A stretch of 62,055 nt of DNA, filler included, from Chiloscyllium plagiosum (Eukaryota): assembly GCF_004010195.1 (NCBI RefSeq). It is 4 parts of one record of this genome, joined end to end, with 100 filler letters (N's around TTAATTAATTAA, not from the genome) between each part and the next. Parts side by side here need not be neighbours in the genome. Positions count along the whole stretch, not along the records: positions 26,221 to 45,398 come from NC_057717.1; positions 45,499 to 57,512 come from NC_057717.1; 2 more parts are not named here. One strand, given 5' to 3'. Below are positions 38,201-49,636 of the stretch, one piece after another. The first letter of the stretch is position 1. The number at the start of each line of letters is the position of its first letter. Position numbers and translations under genes: made by a program. Below the pieces are notes generated by a model. It did not search any database and was not told the origin of the DNA. It saw nothing but the letters and a program-made list of their open reading frames with translations.

Positions 38201-39690
38201 ATGCGTTTGACTGTTGTGTGTCCCATGTGGTATCGATGGACTGGGGTGTGTGAGTGTTGGGCTGTTGTTCTCTTCCCGGCGTGTCCCATGTTGTACTCCA
38301 TCGACAGGGGTGTATGTGTTGTCTGTTGTTCAATTCCTGGTGCGTCCCATGTGGTGCGCTATGGACCGGGGTGTACGTGTTTGACTGTTGTTCACTTTCC
38401 AGTGTGTCCTATGTGATGCTCCATGGACAAGGGTGTATGTGTTTGACTCTTGATCCCTTCCCTGTGTGTCCCATGTGGAGCACCACATGGGGCACACCAG
38501 GAAGTGACCAACAGCCTGACACACACAACCCTGTCCATAGAGTATCATATGGGACACACCAGGAAGTGAACAACAGTCAAACACATGCATGTGTGTTTGA
38601 CTGTTGTTCACTTCCTTGTGTCCCATATGATACTCCATGGACAGGGTTGTGTGGGTCAGGCTGTTGTTCACTTCCCGGTGTGTCCCATGTAGTTCTCAAT
38701 GGACAGGGTTTGTGTTTGTCGGGCTGTTGTTCACTTCTCAGTGTGTCCCATGTGGTGCTCCATGGACAGGGATGTATTTGTTTGACTGTTGTTCACTTCC
38801 TGGTGTATCCCATGTTGGAGTCCATGGGCAGGGGTGTGCGTTGCATTGTTGTTCACTTTCCGGTGGTGTCCCATGGACAGAGGAGTGTCTGTCGGCCTGT
38901 TGTTGACTTCCCGGTATGTCCCATGTGGTCGTCCATGGACAGGGGTGTATGTGTTTTACTGTTGTTCACTTCCCGGTATGTCCCATGTGGTGCTCCATGG
39001 ACAGGGATGTATGTGTTTGACTCTTCATCAATTGCCGGGTGGTCCCATGTGGTACACCATGGACAGGGGTGCATGTGTTTGACTATTGTTCACTTCCCGG
39101 TGTGTCCCATGTGGTTATCCATGGACAGGGGTGTGGGAGTGCTGGGCTGTTGTTCACATCCTGGTGTGCCCCATGTGGTGCTCCATGGAAAGGTGTGTGT
39201 GTGTGTCGCGCTGTTGTTCACTTCCCGGTGTGTCCCATATTGTACTCAATGGACCGCGGTATACGTATTTGACTGTTGTTCACCTCCCAGTGTGTCCCAT
39301 GTTGTATACCATGGACAGGAGTGTGTGTGTGTGTTGGGGTGTTGTTCACTTCATGGTGTGGCCCGTGTGATGCTCCATGGACAGCGGTGTATGTGTCAGG
39401 CTGTTGTTCACTTCCCAGTGTGCCCCATGTAGGGCTCCATGGACAGGGCTATATGTCTTTGACTGTTATTCACTTCCCGGTGTGTCCTATGTTGTACTCC
39501 ATTGGCAGGGGTGTATGTGTTTGACTGTTGTTCACTTCTCGGTATGTCCCATATGCTGCTCCATGGACAGGGGTTTTTTTGTGCTTGTCTGCTGTTCACT
39601 TCCTTGTGTGTCCCATATGGTGCCTCATGGGGAGAGTAATGTGCTGGGCTGTTGTTCACTTCCCGGTGTGCCCGAGGTGGTGCTCCATGT
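26221..39690 (+). repeat. Satellite array, ~62-bp monomer (about tcacttcccggtgtgtcccatgtggtactccatggacaggggtgtatgtgtttgactgttgt)
   Basis: Roughly 200 diverged head-to-tail monomers over ~13.5 kb including two N gaps; CCATGG in most units. Confidence 0.97.
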
Positions 39691-40064
39691 TGGACAGCAG
39701 CTTTAGACACGTATTTGAACGTTGGTATGTGTATGTCCACTGAACACCTGTGCTTGTCCCTCTTAGATGATTGTGTGGTCAGTAACACGAAGAAACCTCT
39801 CGACTATTTTTGTGATGGAGCAGGTATCTACCTTGTAGCTGAGGGTCTTCTGACTCTCTGCTGTTATTGAAAAGTTAGTGGAGGTGCTGGGGATGGTTTG
39901 CTGGAGGTTGTGCTGTTACCTGCCTCAGACATTCAGGGAGTCCTGTGGATTTGGTGATCCAACTCTGGATGGAGAATAGGGACTGTGGTTACAACATCTG
40001 TGTCTGCAAGATGAACAACAAATGGAGCAGAGGCTGCACAGAGAGGAAGATCTGAAACAACGGA

Positions 40065-40480
40065 GTGAGTGTGAGTGGGGAAAGGGATCTGCTGTATCCA
40101 CATCGGGTTTTCCAGGAACAGCTTCCCAAGTTACATTTAACTCAGGAGCAGAGTGCGAGAGGACCCTGTCTGAACAAGGAGCTGGTCACAGAGCTGTGTC
40201 ACCTCCTTCAACACGACCTGCAGCTTCACATCAGGGGGAGGACGGTGCTGCCAGTGGCTGTTCGGGTCACAGTTTCATTCAGCTTCTATGATCCGGAACT
40301 TTTCAGGCAGGAATGGGTGACAGCTCCATCATCTCCCAGTATGTCGACGTCAACGTCACCATTTGGAGACGGAGAATATATATGGTGGTTGAGAGCAATG
40401 GGGTCATTGGGAACATCAGGGAGATGGAGCAACACTTTCCGTGTCTGATCGGGTCAGAATGAACCCTCCAGTACACACTA
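40065..40480 (+). mobile_element. Harbinger (HARBI1-like) transposase relic, internally deleted
   Basis: YPHRVFQEQ...KELVTELCHLLQHDL...RTVLPVAVRVTVSFSFY...MGDSSIISQY matches the Harbinger transposase N-terminal region; QHFPCL...LQY resembles its C-terminal motif. Confidence 0.7.
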
Positions 40481-40519
40481 CATCATTAAGTCCTGTAGTT
40501 TTTCTCTGTCTCAGTAACA

Positions 40520-42120
40520 TACTTGCTGCCATTCTTCCTAAGAGAAATGACAGACTACATATTACCTTAAATCCCATTTGCTAAACTTTTATCCATTGAC
40601 TTCAACTGTCCATATCCAATTTCAGGTTCTCAACCTTCCCTTGATAATTTAGTTTCCTGTTCATCTTAGTTTAATCGGCAAACGTAGTTATAGTACATTT
40701 TTCCAATCCTCCTGATCATTGATACAGATTGTAAAGAGCTGTGGCCCCTGCACTGGTCACTGTGTGACTCCATTAGTTACGCTCTGTCAAACTGATTAAG
40801 ACTGATTTATCCTGTTTGATAACCAGTCCTCCCCCATTTATGTGTAACACATTCAAAGGGCTAATAATAAGAACGAGGAGCATCAGTCGGCAATCCAGCC
40901 CCTCATGCTTGTTCCGCCATTGAATACAATTATAGCTGATGTCATTGCGGCCTCAGTTACACGTTCCTATCGGCTCTCCATAGTCCTTCAGTTACTCAAT
41001 ATCCCAGCACCTACTGCACTCTGGAGCAGTGAATTAGACAGATTCCCAACTCTGTGATAGAAGTAGGTTCTCCTCACCCCTGTTTTAATTCTCCCCCACC
41101 TCATCCTAAAACTATGGTTTTAGGATCGTTCGAGATTGTCCCACATGAGGAAATAGCCACTTCACATCTACATTGTCAATCACCTTTAACATCGTCCAGA
41201 CCTCTGACATCTTCTCTCATTTTTCTAAACTCCAGACAGTGTTGGCCTGAACTGCTCATTATCTCTTCAGATGAGAAACTCCTCATCTCTGGAATTAATC
41301 TAATAAACCACTTCTAAACTGCCTCCATGGCAAATACATCCCTCCTGCAGTCAGGACACCAAAACTGCACACATTACTCAGTTGCGATCCCACACCTCCC
41401 TCCCTTTATAATCCATTGATTCAGAAATAAATGCCAAAATTGCACTTGGCTTTCTCATTTTCTGCTGGACCTCCATCTGAGTATTCTGTAGTATGGAAGA
41501 GGCCAGCCAGGTCCCTCTGCACTTAATCATTCTGAAGTCGCTCTCCATTTGAATAATAATTTGCCTTTCTGTTACACTGATCCAAACGGATACAGTCATT
41601 CTTTTCGCTGTCCAGTTTCTTGTGTCAAATGTTTTCCCAACCTATCCATTTACATTTTCTCATTTCTTGCATCTTCATTGCAATTTCTCACCTGAGTTAG
41701 GGTCATCTGTTAATTTGGTTATAACATGTTCTGTCCCCTCAACTACGTAAGATTATATATTGCAAATAGTTGGGGCCTGGGGACCAAGACATATAGTTTC
41801 CTAAGAGTTGAATTTTACCAAACAGAAAATGACCCATGTTTTTTTCCATCTCACTGCATTTTATTGCTTCACCAAGCCTGTCTCCAAGCTGATAAATAAT
41901 TTTTAATCATAAGCGATCAAATTCTGCTGATTAATCATTTGTGCACAGCTATTCAATGCCTTCTGGAAGTCCAAATATTTCATCTCTCAGATCCCCATTA
42001 TCCAGATTGCTTAACACAACTTGAAAAAGCTCAAGCAAATAATTGAAACACAATTCATCTTTGTAAAATCATGTTGATTCTGATAGATTGTGGTTTGACT
42101 TTTCAAATTTCTTGTCACTA
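40520..42120 (-). mobile_element. Degenerate CR1 fragments
   Basis: Decayed RT and 3' motifs on the minus strand (e.g. LDFQKA, AILAFIS). Confidence 0.6.
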
Positions 42121-42599
42121 ATTCCTGAATAATCATCTTTAACAATATTTCTTAAACTTCAGCAGTTTTCTCACTACTATATATTCCATCGCGAAGGTGA
42201 TAATTCTAAATTGTTACCTCTCTATAATCTCTTTGTTCGCTCCAATCCTGTATAATTGGCAGATGACCTGCTCTGATTGCTCTGTAAGAGGTCTGAGTCG
42301 CGGAATGCACTCATTCTCTTCCTTGTGCACAAAATCGATGGGCTGATGTCTTTCTGGTGTTCCACATCACCATCTCGATGGTTTGCCTGTCCTCCTCCTG
42401 TTGATGTGTAAGAGTCTTGAGGGCTTATGCAATCTTCCTGTTGCTGTGTAACAGTTTGAGGGGCTGCAAAAACCTTCTCAATTTTCCTCCATCACAGTTT
42501 GGAGATACTGAACCTTCTCCTTCATACCTAATATCGGACTGAGGGAATGATTGGCCTTCTTCTGTTCCCATGCACCAGACACGTGAGGTAAACTTCTTC

Positions 42600-45090
42600 C
42601 TCCTTTCCCATAAGAAGTCTCATATAGTTTGCATCCTTCTGCAATTCCCGTGCAACAGGCTCGATTGGACTCAATGTCCTCCTGGTATCCCAGTGCACCA
42701 ATCTCCAGTCTTTGTGTGACCTCTTCCAGTTCCTATGTTACAGACTTGAGGAGGCTGAATAGACTGATCCTATTGCTGCATAACAGGGTATTGGTGCTGC
42801 ATGGCCTACTTTGGGCCCAGTGTTGTCGACTCGAGGAGCTCAGGCTGTATATCAGGCTCCAGTGGCTGAATAGTCTATTCCTATTCTGGTATAACAGAGT
42901 CAATGTCCTTCGAGACACTACCTCCTAATAAATGCCAGAAGACACTGACCGAGAGAGTGCCCGTGGACTGAAGCACTACCGTATCCATATTTAACTTACA
43001 AGGACTAACCATTAATGTAGTCTTTTTCTGTATAAAGTCCTGAAGCTGAAAGTAACAAAAGAGGTCCTTCCCAGATACCTCATATTCCTGGCACAGCTTC
43101 TCAAAATTCATCATGAGCTCCCTGTCAAAACATTCTCCCAAACAGGAAACACCTCTGGACTCCCAGAGCCTAAAGCCAGAATCCATCAATCCCGGCTGGA
43201 ATCCGACCTAACCTACAATGGGAGTAAAAGGGGAAGCTTTTTTTTAGGAAATTGCCCTCAACTTGACACATCATTCTCCATGCTTTCACTGTGTTAAGGA
43301 CAATCGGTTTCTGCAATTCGCCATAACAGTCCTCATCTTGTCCATGAATATCAGATTAATGAGGGGATATTTTGTCTGGGAGGCCTCGATGTCCAGCCAA
43401 ATTGAACATGCGTCCTGGCAAGCCCAATCAGCCACATCGGATACCAAGCAACTTAGTTTGTATTCCTTAAAGTCTGCAGAAATCGACATGCCCCCATTCC
43501 CTGTGGAAGCAGCAATTTGTCCAGCTTAATAAGAGGCCATCTGTGACGCCAGATGAAAGATACAAGCCAACTGTAAAGCCTCCGTATGCCTGCCTGAGCG
43601 GCGTCAAAGGGAGGATGGCCATGGGATATCGTAAACGACGAACAACATTCATTTTAACCAGAGCTATTCTACCCAACCAGGATATTGGAAGATCTTGTCT
43701 TAGCTTCTCTAGCAACTGCACGAAGTTAGTTTTATGTAATTGATCGAAGGCTTGGGTGATAAAAAGGCCTAAATACAAGAAACCTTCTTGTGACCGGGAA
43801 TTGGATTCCATCCCCAAGATCGACTCTAATAACACCCCCAACAGGATGGACTCCGATTTCATAAAATTGATTTTATAACCTGGGAAATCCAAATAAATTA
43901 ATCTACTCGTATTAAATTGGGCACAGATTTCCTTATGTTAGTTAGAAAGAGAGGAACGCCACCTGCATAAACTTATGCCTTCCTGATCCTACCGCCAGGG
44001 CAGTTATATTGGGGTCCCTCCAGATGGCTTCTGCCAACGGCTCAATCATTAATGTAAATAGTAACGGTGAAAGGGGGCATCGTCGTTGGCTGCCTCTGCC
44101 AAAACTAAAATTGTCCGACCTTATACCATTAGTGAGACCCGCAGCTTTCGGGTTCCTATATAATACTGCCATCCACCTGACAAAGACCATTCGAAGGCCA
44201 AACCATTCCAGGGCATAAAAGGTGCATATCTACTCTACCCAGTCAAATGCTTTCTCTGCATGCAGTGAGACGACTGAGCCTGGAATCAAACCTTACTTGC
44301 ATACCTGAACCATATTTAGCACACTCCTAATATTATCAGAGGACCTGCGGCCCCTAATAAAACCTGTCTGGTCCTCTTTCACAATGAAGGGCAAGAACTT
44401 CTCCAGCTTCAACGCCAACACTTTCGACATAATTTTAAAGTCCACATTTAATAATGATATAGGCCTATACAAAGCGCATTCTTCTGGGGTTTTCCCTCTC
44501 TTGAGAATAAGATAAATAACTCTTCTCTCAGAGAGGATGGGAGGCAGTCCTGACTGTACGAATAATTGTTGAGCTGAAAATGTGTTGCTGGAAAAGCGCA
44601 GCAGGTCAGGAGGCATCCAAGGAGCAGGAGAATCGACGTTTCGGGCATGAGCCCTTCTTCAAGAAGGCTCATGCCGGAAACTTCGATTCTCCTGCTCCTT
44701 GGATGCTGCCTGACCTGCTGCGCTTTTCCAGCAACACATTTTCAGATCTAATCTCCAGCATCTGCAGTCCTCACTTTCTCCTGTACGAATAATTGTAAAT
44801 ATCCAAAATTGGCCTGGCCAGCGTGTCTGTGAACGCCTTATAAATCTCAATCCATAATCCATTTGGGCCTGGTATTTACCCCTCTGGAGCTGCCTCACTG
44901 CTTCCTGCATATCTCGGATCGTCTGAGGGGTATTCTGAAGAGATGTCTACTTTGAAGTTACACCTGGGAGGGCCAAGGTCTTAAAAAAGGACTCAATCTT
45001 CACCAATTTGTCCTCCCACCCTCTGACTGGAACATCCTAGAGTAGAACTACCTGGATTAATCTTTTTGGGATCGCAGGTTATAATACAAG
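42600..45090 (-). mobile_element. L1/Tx1-type LINE ORF2 (RT and downstream), decayed
   Basis: YRPISLLNVDFKIMSKVLA, DQTGFIRGRRSSDNIR, AEKAFD, CPLSPLLF, GYKINFMKSE, FLYLGLFIT, LPISWLGRIALVKMNV. Confidence 0.88.
44570..44780. mobile_element. PLE-derived fold-back insertion, 16-bp TSD
   Basis: Perfect TSD ctgtacgaataattgt at 44554-44569 and 44781-44796; long inverted arms; hammerhead-like core on the minus strand at 44635-44662. Confidence 0.88.
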
Positions 45091-45094
45091 CGAA

Positions 45095-45398
45095 CCCGGG
45101 AGACTACAGCAAAGGTAAGACAGTTTGTTTTAAAATTGCTTACCTGTAGCGGGCAGCAGTGTGTTTTTTTTACTCTCTCTCCACAGAAAGAGCGGGAGCA
45201 GCAGAGGAAGTGACGGCAAGCAGAGGGGCAGCCGGGAAGGAAAAGTGAGTATATAAGTCAGGAAGGCGGCTAAACCCGAGATTCCACACCTGTAGTATCT
45301 CCCACTCACCCTCCTCCTCTAACCTCCTTAACTACTCTGCTTTTTCTTTTAAGGTAAGGATTTTTATTTCTTTACCAGGGACTAGTTAAAAATTTACT
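45095..45398 (+). mobile_element. CR1 5' UTR (opposite orientation to the CR1 across the gap)
   Basis: Homologous to the reverse complement of 46220-46480 (aaaggtaagac...gcttacc.gtagcgggcagc...cacagaaagagcgggagc...ccctcctcctctaacc). Confidence 0.8.
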
Positions 45399-45498
45399 NN
45401 NNNNNNNNNNNNNNNNNNNNNNNNNNNNNNNNNNNNNNNNNNTTAATTAATTAANNNNNNNNNNNNNNNNNNNNNNNNNNNNNNNNNNNNNNNNNNNN

Positions 45499-46118
45499 CT
45501 CCTCCTACCTATGTCGTTGGTGGCAATGTGGACCACGACTTCGGGTTGCTCCCCCTCCCCCTCCCGGACCCCGAAACCACGATCAGAGACATCACGTACC
45601 CTTGCACCTGGGAGGCAACATACCAAACGTGAGTCTCTCTCGTTCCCACAAAACCGCCTATCTGTGCCACGAACTATCGAGTCCCCAATTACTACTGCTC
45701 TGCTCTTCTTCACCCTTCCCTTCTGAGTAACGGGGACAGGCTCCGTGCCAGAGACCTGAGCCCCGTTACTTACCCCTGGTAAGTCGTCCCCCCCACAAGT
45801 ATCCAAAACGGTATACTTGTTCTTGAGGGGAACGGCTGCAGGGGGTCCCTGCACTGGCTGCTTCCTCCCAGTCCCCCTCACTGTCACCCATCTATCTGCC
45901 ATCTTTGGAGTTACTACTTCCCTATAACTCTGATCTATGACCCCCTCTGCCTCCCGAATGATCCGAAGTTCATCCAACTCCTGCTCCAGTTCCCTAACAC
46001 GGTCTTGGAGGAGCTGGAGGTGGGTGCACTTCCTGCAAGTGTAATCGGCAGGGACGTCGATGGCAGCCCTCACCTCATATATGTTGCAGGAGGAACATTG
46101 CACTGCCTTCACTGCCAT
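45499..46118 (-). CDS. CR1 ORF1p (zinc finger/leucine zipper plus SGNH esterase), open until the gap
   Basis: MAVKAVQCSSCN...CRKCTHLQLLQDRVRELEQELDEL...VVIGDSIVRG...VCCLPGARVRDV...VVVHIATNDIG. Confidence 0.88.
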
Positions 46119-46344
46119 CCCTCTAAAGCTAACCTTTATTTAAAAAAAAAAATCTGGGTCTAAAGAATACAACAAGCAAAATTCAGCACTTACCTACTTA
46201 CCACAACAGGTGTTATTATTAGGTTAGAGGAGGAGGGCGGGTGGGGGGCACTACCCGTGTAGTGCCTCGGGTTCCTCTCCTTCGTGCTTTTAAAGGGGGA
46301 AAAAACCTACCCAGGTAAGCTTACACTAACTGGTTCCGGGTCTC

Positions 46345-47033
46345 GGCTGCCCCTCTGGTCGTCGTCACTTCCCCCTGGTGCTCCCGCTCTTTCTGTGAAG
46401 AGAGAGTGAAAGAGAAAAAAAAAACACTGCTGCCCGCTACCGGTAAGCACTTTTAAAACCAAACGGTCTTACCTTCGCTGCTGCTCGCACTGGAGATGAC
46501 CGGCGGCTTCGAAGGGTGAGTATAAATACTCACCGCTTTCCTTCCCGGCTGCCCCTCTGGTCGTCGTCACTTCCCCCTGGTGCTCCCGCTCTTTCTGTGA
46601 AGAGAGAGTGAATGAGAAAAAAAAAACACCGCTGCCCGCTACCGGTAAGCACTTTTAAAACCAAACGGTCTTACCTTCGCTGCTGCTCGCACTGGAGATG
46701 ACCGGCGGCTTCGAAGGGTGAGTATAAATACTCACCGCTTTCCTTCCCGGCTGCCCCTCTGGTCGTCGTCACTTCCTCCTGGTGCTCCCGCTCTTTCTGT
46801 GAAGAGAGAGTGAAAGAGAAAAAAAAACACCGCTGCCCGCTACCGGTAAGCACTTTTAAAACCAAACGGTCTTACCTTCGCTGCTGCTCGCACTGGAAAT
46901 GACCGACCGCTTCGAAGGGTGAATATAAATACTCACCACTTTCCTTCCCGGCTGCCCCTCTGGTCGTCGTCACTTACCCCTGGTGCTCCCGCTCTTTCTG
47001 TGAAGAGAGAGTGAAAGAGAAAAAAAAACACCG
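46345..47033 (-). repeat. ~202-bp tandem monomers (x3.4) forming the CR1 5' UTR
   Basis: ggctgcccctctggtcgtcgtcactt recurs at 46345, 46547, 46749 and 46950. Confidence 0.92.
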
Positions 47034-47179
47034 CAAGTTAAAAGACAAAATGTCAGAAACAGCTTTCAGGACCAGGCTGAATGTAAGCAAATTCCATATG
47101 TTTGATCAAACTTCAGAAATCTTTTTCATGGCTCCTTTTATATTTCGAACTCCAGATCTCAGGCAAAACAAAAGGTCTG

Positions 47180-47445
47180 AGCTGAAAGCTGAAAATGTGT
47201 TGCTGGTAAAGCACAGCAGGTCAGACAGCATCCAGGGAACAGGAGAATCGACGTTTCGGGCATAAGCCCTTCATTAGGAATGAGGATAGTGTGTTCAGCA
47301 GAACACACTTTCCTCATTCCTGATGAAGGGCTTGTGCCCGAAACGTCGATTCTCCTGTTCCCTGGATGCTGTCTGACCTGTTGTGCTTTACCAGCAACAC
47401 ATTTTCAGCTCTGATTCTCCAGATCTGCAGACCTCACTTTCTCCT
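47180..47445. mobile_element. PLE-derived fold-back insertion, 15-bp TSD
   Basis: TSD aaaacaaaaggtctg at 47165-47179 and 47446-47460; near-perfect palindrome centred at ~47299. Confidence 0.9.
47316..47351 (+). ncRNA. Minimal type I hammerhead ribozyme motif
   Basis: CUGAUGA (47320-47326), extra A, stem II GGGC-UUGU-GCCC, GAAA, palindromic ACGU, predicted cleavage after GUC (47347); stem I weak. Confidence 0.7.
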
Positions 47446-48247
47446 AAAACAAAAGGTCTGTACAATAGAAACAGGGTTACGGAATTGCACAAATGATTAA
47501 TGGTTTTTTTCAACTAAGGTTCGGTGGTACAGGTTACGCACATTTCATGATAATCTGTAATTGCTCAGCATGTTTTAAAGTATATAATGTGTCACTTTTA
47601 TTTTATAAGGCTTGAAACCTGGAAGGGAAACGAACTGGATCCCTCCTCTATCCAAGTCTCAGCCAAATTGCAGCAGTATTTACAATAAAGGCTGGTTATT
47701 TTCAGTTCAATTGATTTTTGAGTATTGCTGATTTCTCTTGCTCTCATCGATCCCTGCTAATTAAATTCTGCTATGACACTACTGCTGTACAGGAACTTTC
47801 TAAGATCACATCTGGAGCAGTGTGCACAGATTTCGCCTTCTCACTCACTGAAGAAACGGAGCAGCTCAGAGATGGTTCCCTCATATAATTTCTGCAATGA
47901 GGATGTGAATGTAGAAGGAAAGTCTAGTCTTGTTGTTCAAATAAAAATGAAAGATGTTCTTAATTTTACATGAAAGACCGAAGGAATTGAGCAAGAGACC
48001 ATTACACAGAGAATGGAGGAATCCATTCCACTTCTCCAGCCTGTTACACAGGAACAGCAGAGGTATATTCAGGCCTTTAACCCTGTCACATCAGGACAGG
48101 ATGAGGCTCTTCAGCCCTTCAAGCCTATAACACTGGAATAGGCCATGAAGCATCAATATCCAGTTGTACAACACTAGGATCAGTCCGTTCAGCTTCCTCA
48201 AATTTGTAACTCAGGAAATGGAAGAAGCCACAGAGTGACTTGTGACT

Positions 48248-48659
48248 TTTTGGATGTAGGTTTGATCGCTGAGCTAGAATGTTCATTTCCAGACGTTTCG
48301 TTACCCCACCAGGTAACACCTTCAGTGGGCCTCAGGCGAAGCAATGCTGAAAATTCCTGCTTTCTGTTTATATGTTTAGGTTCCTTTGGGTTGGTAATGT
48401 CATTTCGTGTTGTGATGTTCTTTCCTGTGGTGAAGTCACTTCCTGCTTCTTTTCTCAGGAGGTGGTAGATGGAGTCGAACTCGATGTGTTTGTTGACAGA
48501 ATGCCATGCTTCTAGGAATTGTCGTGCGTGTCTTTGTTTGGCTTGTCCTAGAATGGATGTGTTGTCCCAGTCGAAGTGGTGTCTTTCCTTATCTGTATGT
48601 AAGGATACTAGTGAGAGAGGGTCATATCTTTTTGTGGCTAGTTGGTGTCCAACTAGCTA
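48248..48659 (-). mobile_element. 5'-truncated Penelope-like element (GIY-YIG C-terminus plus 3' repeat), 12-bp TSD
   Basis: HQLATKRYDPLSLVSLHTDKERHHFDWDNTSILGQAKQRHARQFLEAWHS; TSD tgacttgtgact at 48236-48247 and 48660-48671. Confidence 0.88.
48289..48328 (-). ncRNA. Hammerhead-like motif (one core change)
   Basis: Minus strand CCA-CUGAAGG-U-GUUACC-loop-GGUAAC-GAAAC-GUC-UGG; stems I and II pair; A9 is G. Confidence 0.6.
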
Positions 48660-48799
48660 TGACTTGTGACTGTTACACTTGAATAACAGAAGGCCATGCA
48701 GCTGAAAGAGCCTATTGCATGTGAATTGGAGAAGGACATAAAACTATTTGTGACATTGTATGAGGAAGGAGGATGCAATTCAGCCATATGTGTTCCAGT

Positions 48800-49145
48800 C
48801 ATGAAGACATACAACAGGGAAATAGACCCTTCACTCCAACTCGCCCATGCCAACCAGAAATCCTCATCTAATCTAGTCCCATTTGCCAACATTTGGCCCA
48901 TATCCCTCTGAACCCTTCCTTCTCATATAACCATATAATTGCTTTTAAATATTGCAATTGTACCTGCTTCCCCCACTTCCTCTGGCAGCTCATACCATAT
49001 ACACACCACTCAGTGTGAAAATGTTGCATCTTGGGTCCTCTTTGTACCTTTCCCTTCTCAGCCAAACCCTATGTCTAATTCTGGACTCGCCCACCCCAGG
49101 GAACAGACCTTATTTATTTATCCTCTTCATGCTCCTCATGATTTA
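48800..49145 (-). mobile_element. CR1 3' end
   Basis: CR1 tail and C-terminal similarity. Confidence 0.7.
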
Positions 49146-49636
49146 GAAGACCAATCATTCCCTCAATCCCATTTCATGGATGTAGGAGGAGACTATTCAG
49201 CATCTTGAGACTGCTATGGTGGAACATGAGGAGACCCTTCAGCCCCTCAAACTGTTACACAGCAACGTGAAAATTCCATAACCCAGCAAACCGCTTATGC
49301 ATTATCAGGAGGAGAACAAGCAGACCTGAAGCTGGACATTCTGGCCATCGTTACGACAATGTAGAAATACCTCGAGGACATTCAGCCCACTGAGTTTGCA
49401 AATCAGGAACAGACCAAGCCCATTCAGTCACTGATGCCTCTCACACAGCAATTGGTGCAGATCTTATAAAGCCCTGTGCCTGTTACAGAGGAATTAAAAC
49501 AGAACGTAGTGGAATTAGAAAGTGAAGGTCTTAGAATTATCATCTTCACTATGGATTAAAAAGTAGTGAGCGAACTATTGGAATTTAAGACAAATCATTA
49601 GAATCCATTAACAAGGAAATAATTATCACTAATGAT

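Noticed and set aside
26221..39690. CRISPR-like repeat/spacer array
   Set aside because: There are no unique spacers, the whole monomer repeats, there are no cas genes, and the context is vertebrate.
26225..39870. Dozens of long Cys/Val/His-rich ORFs (up to 469 aa)
   Set aside because: They arise in all three frames from a stop-poor 62-bp satellite. The monomer length is not a multiple of 3 and some ORFs span N gaps.
46220..46275. HDV-like ribozyme upstream of CR1 ORF1
   Set aside because: A hairpin (ggcactac/gtagtgcc) and a CCTCCTC tract are present, but I could not build the nested double pseudoknot.
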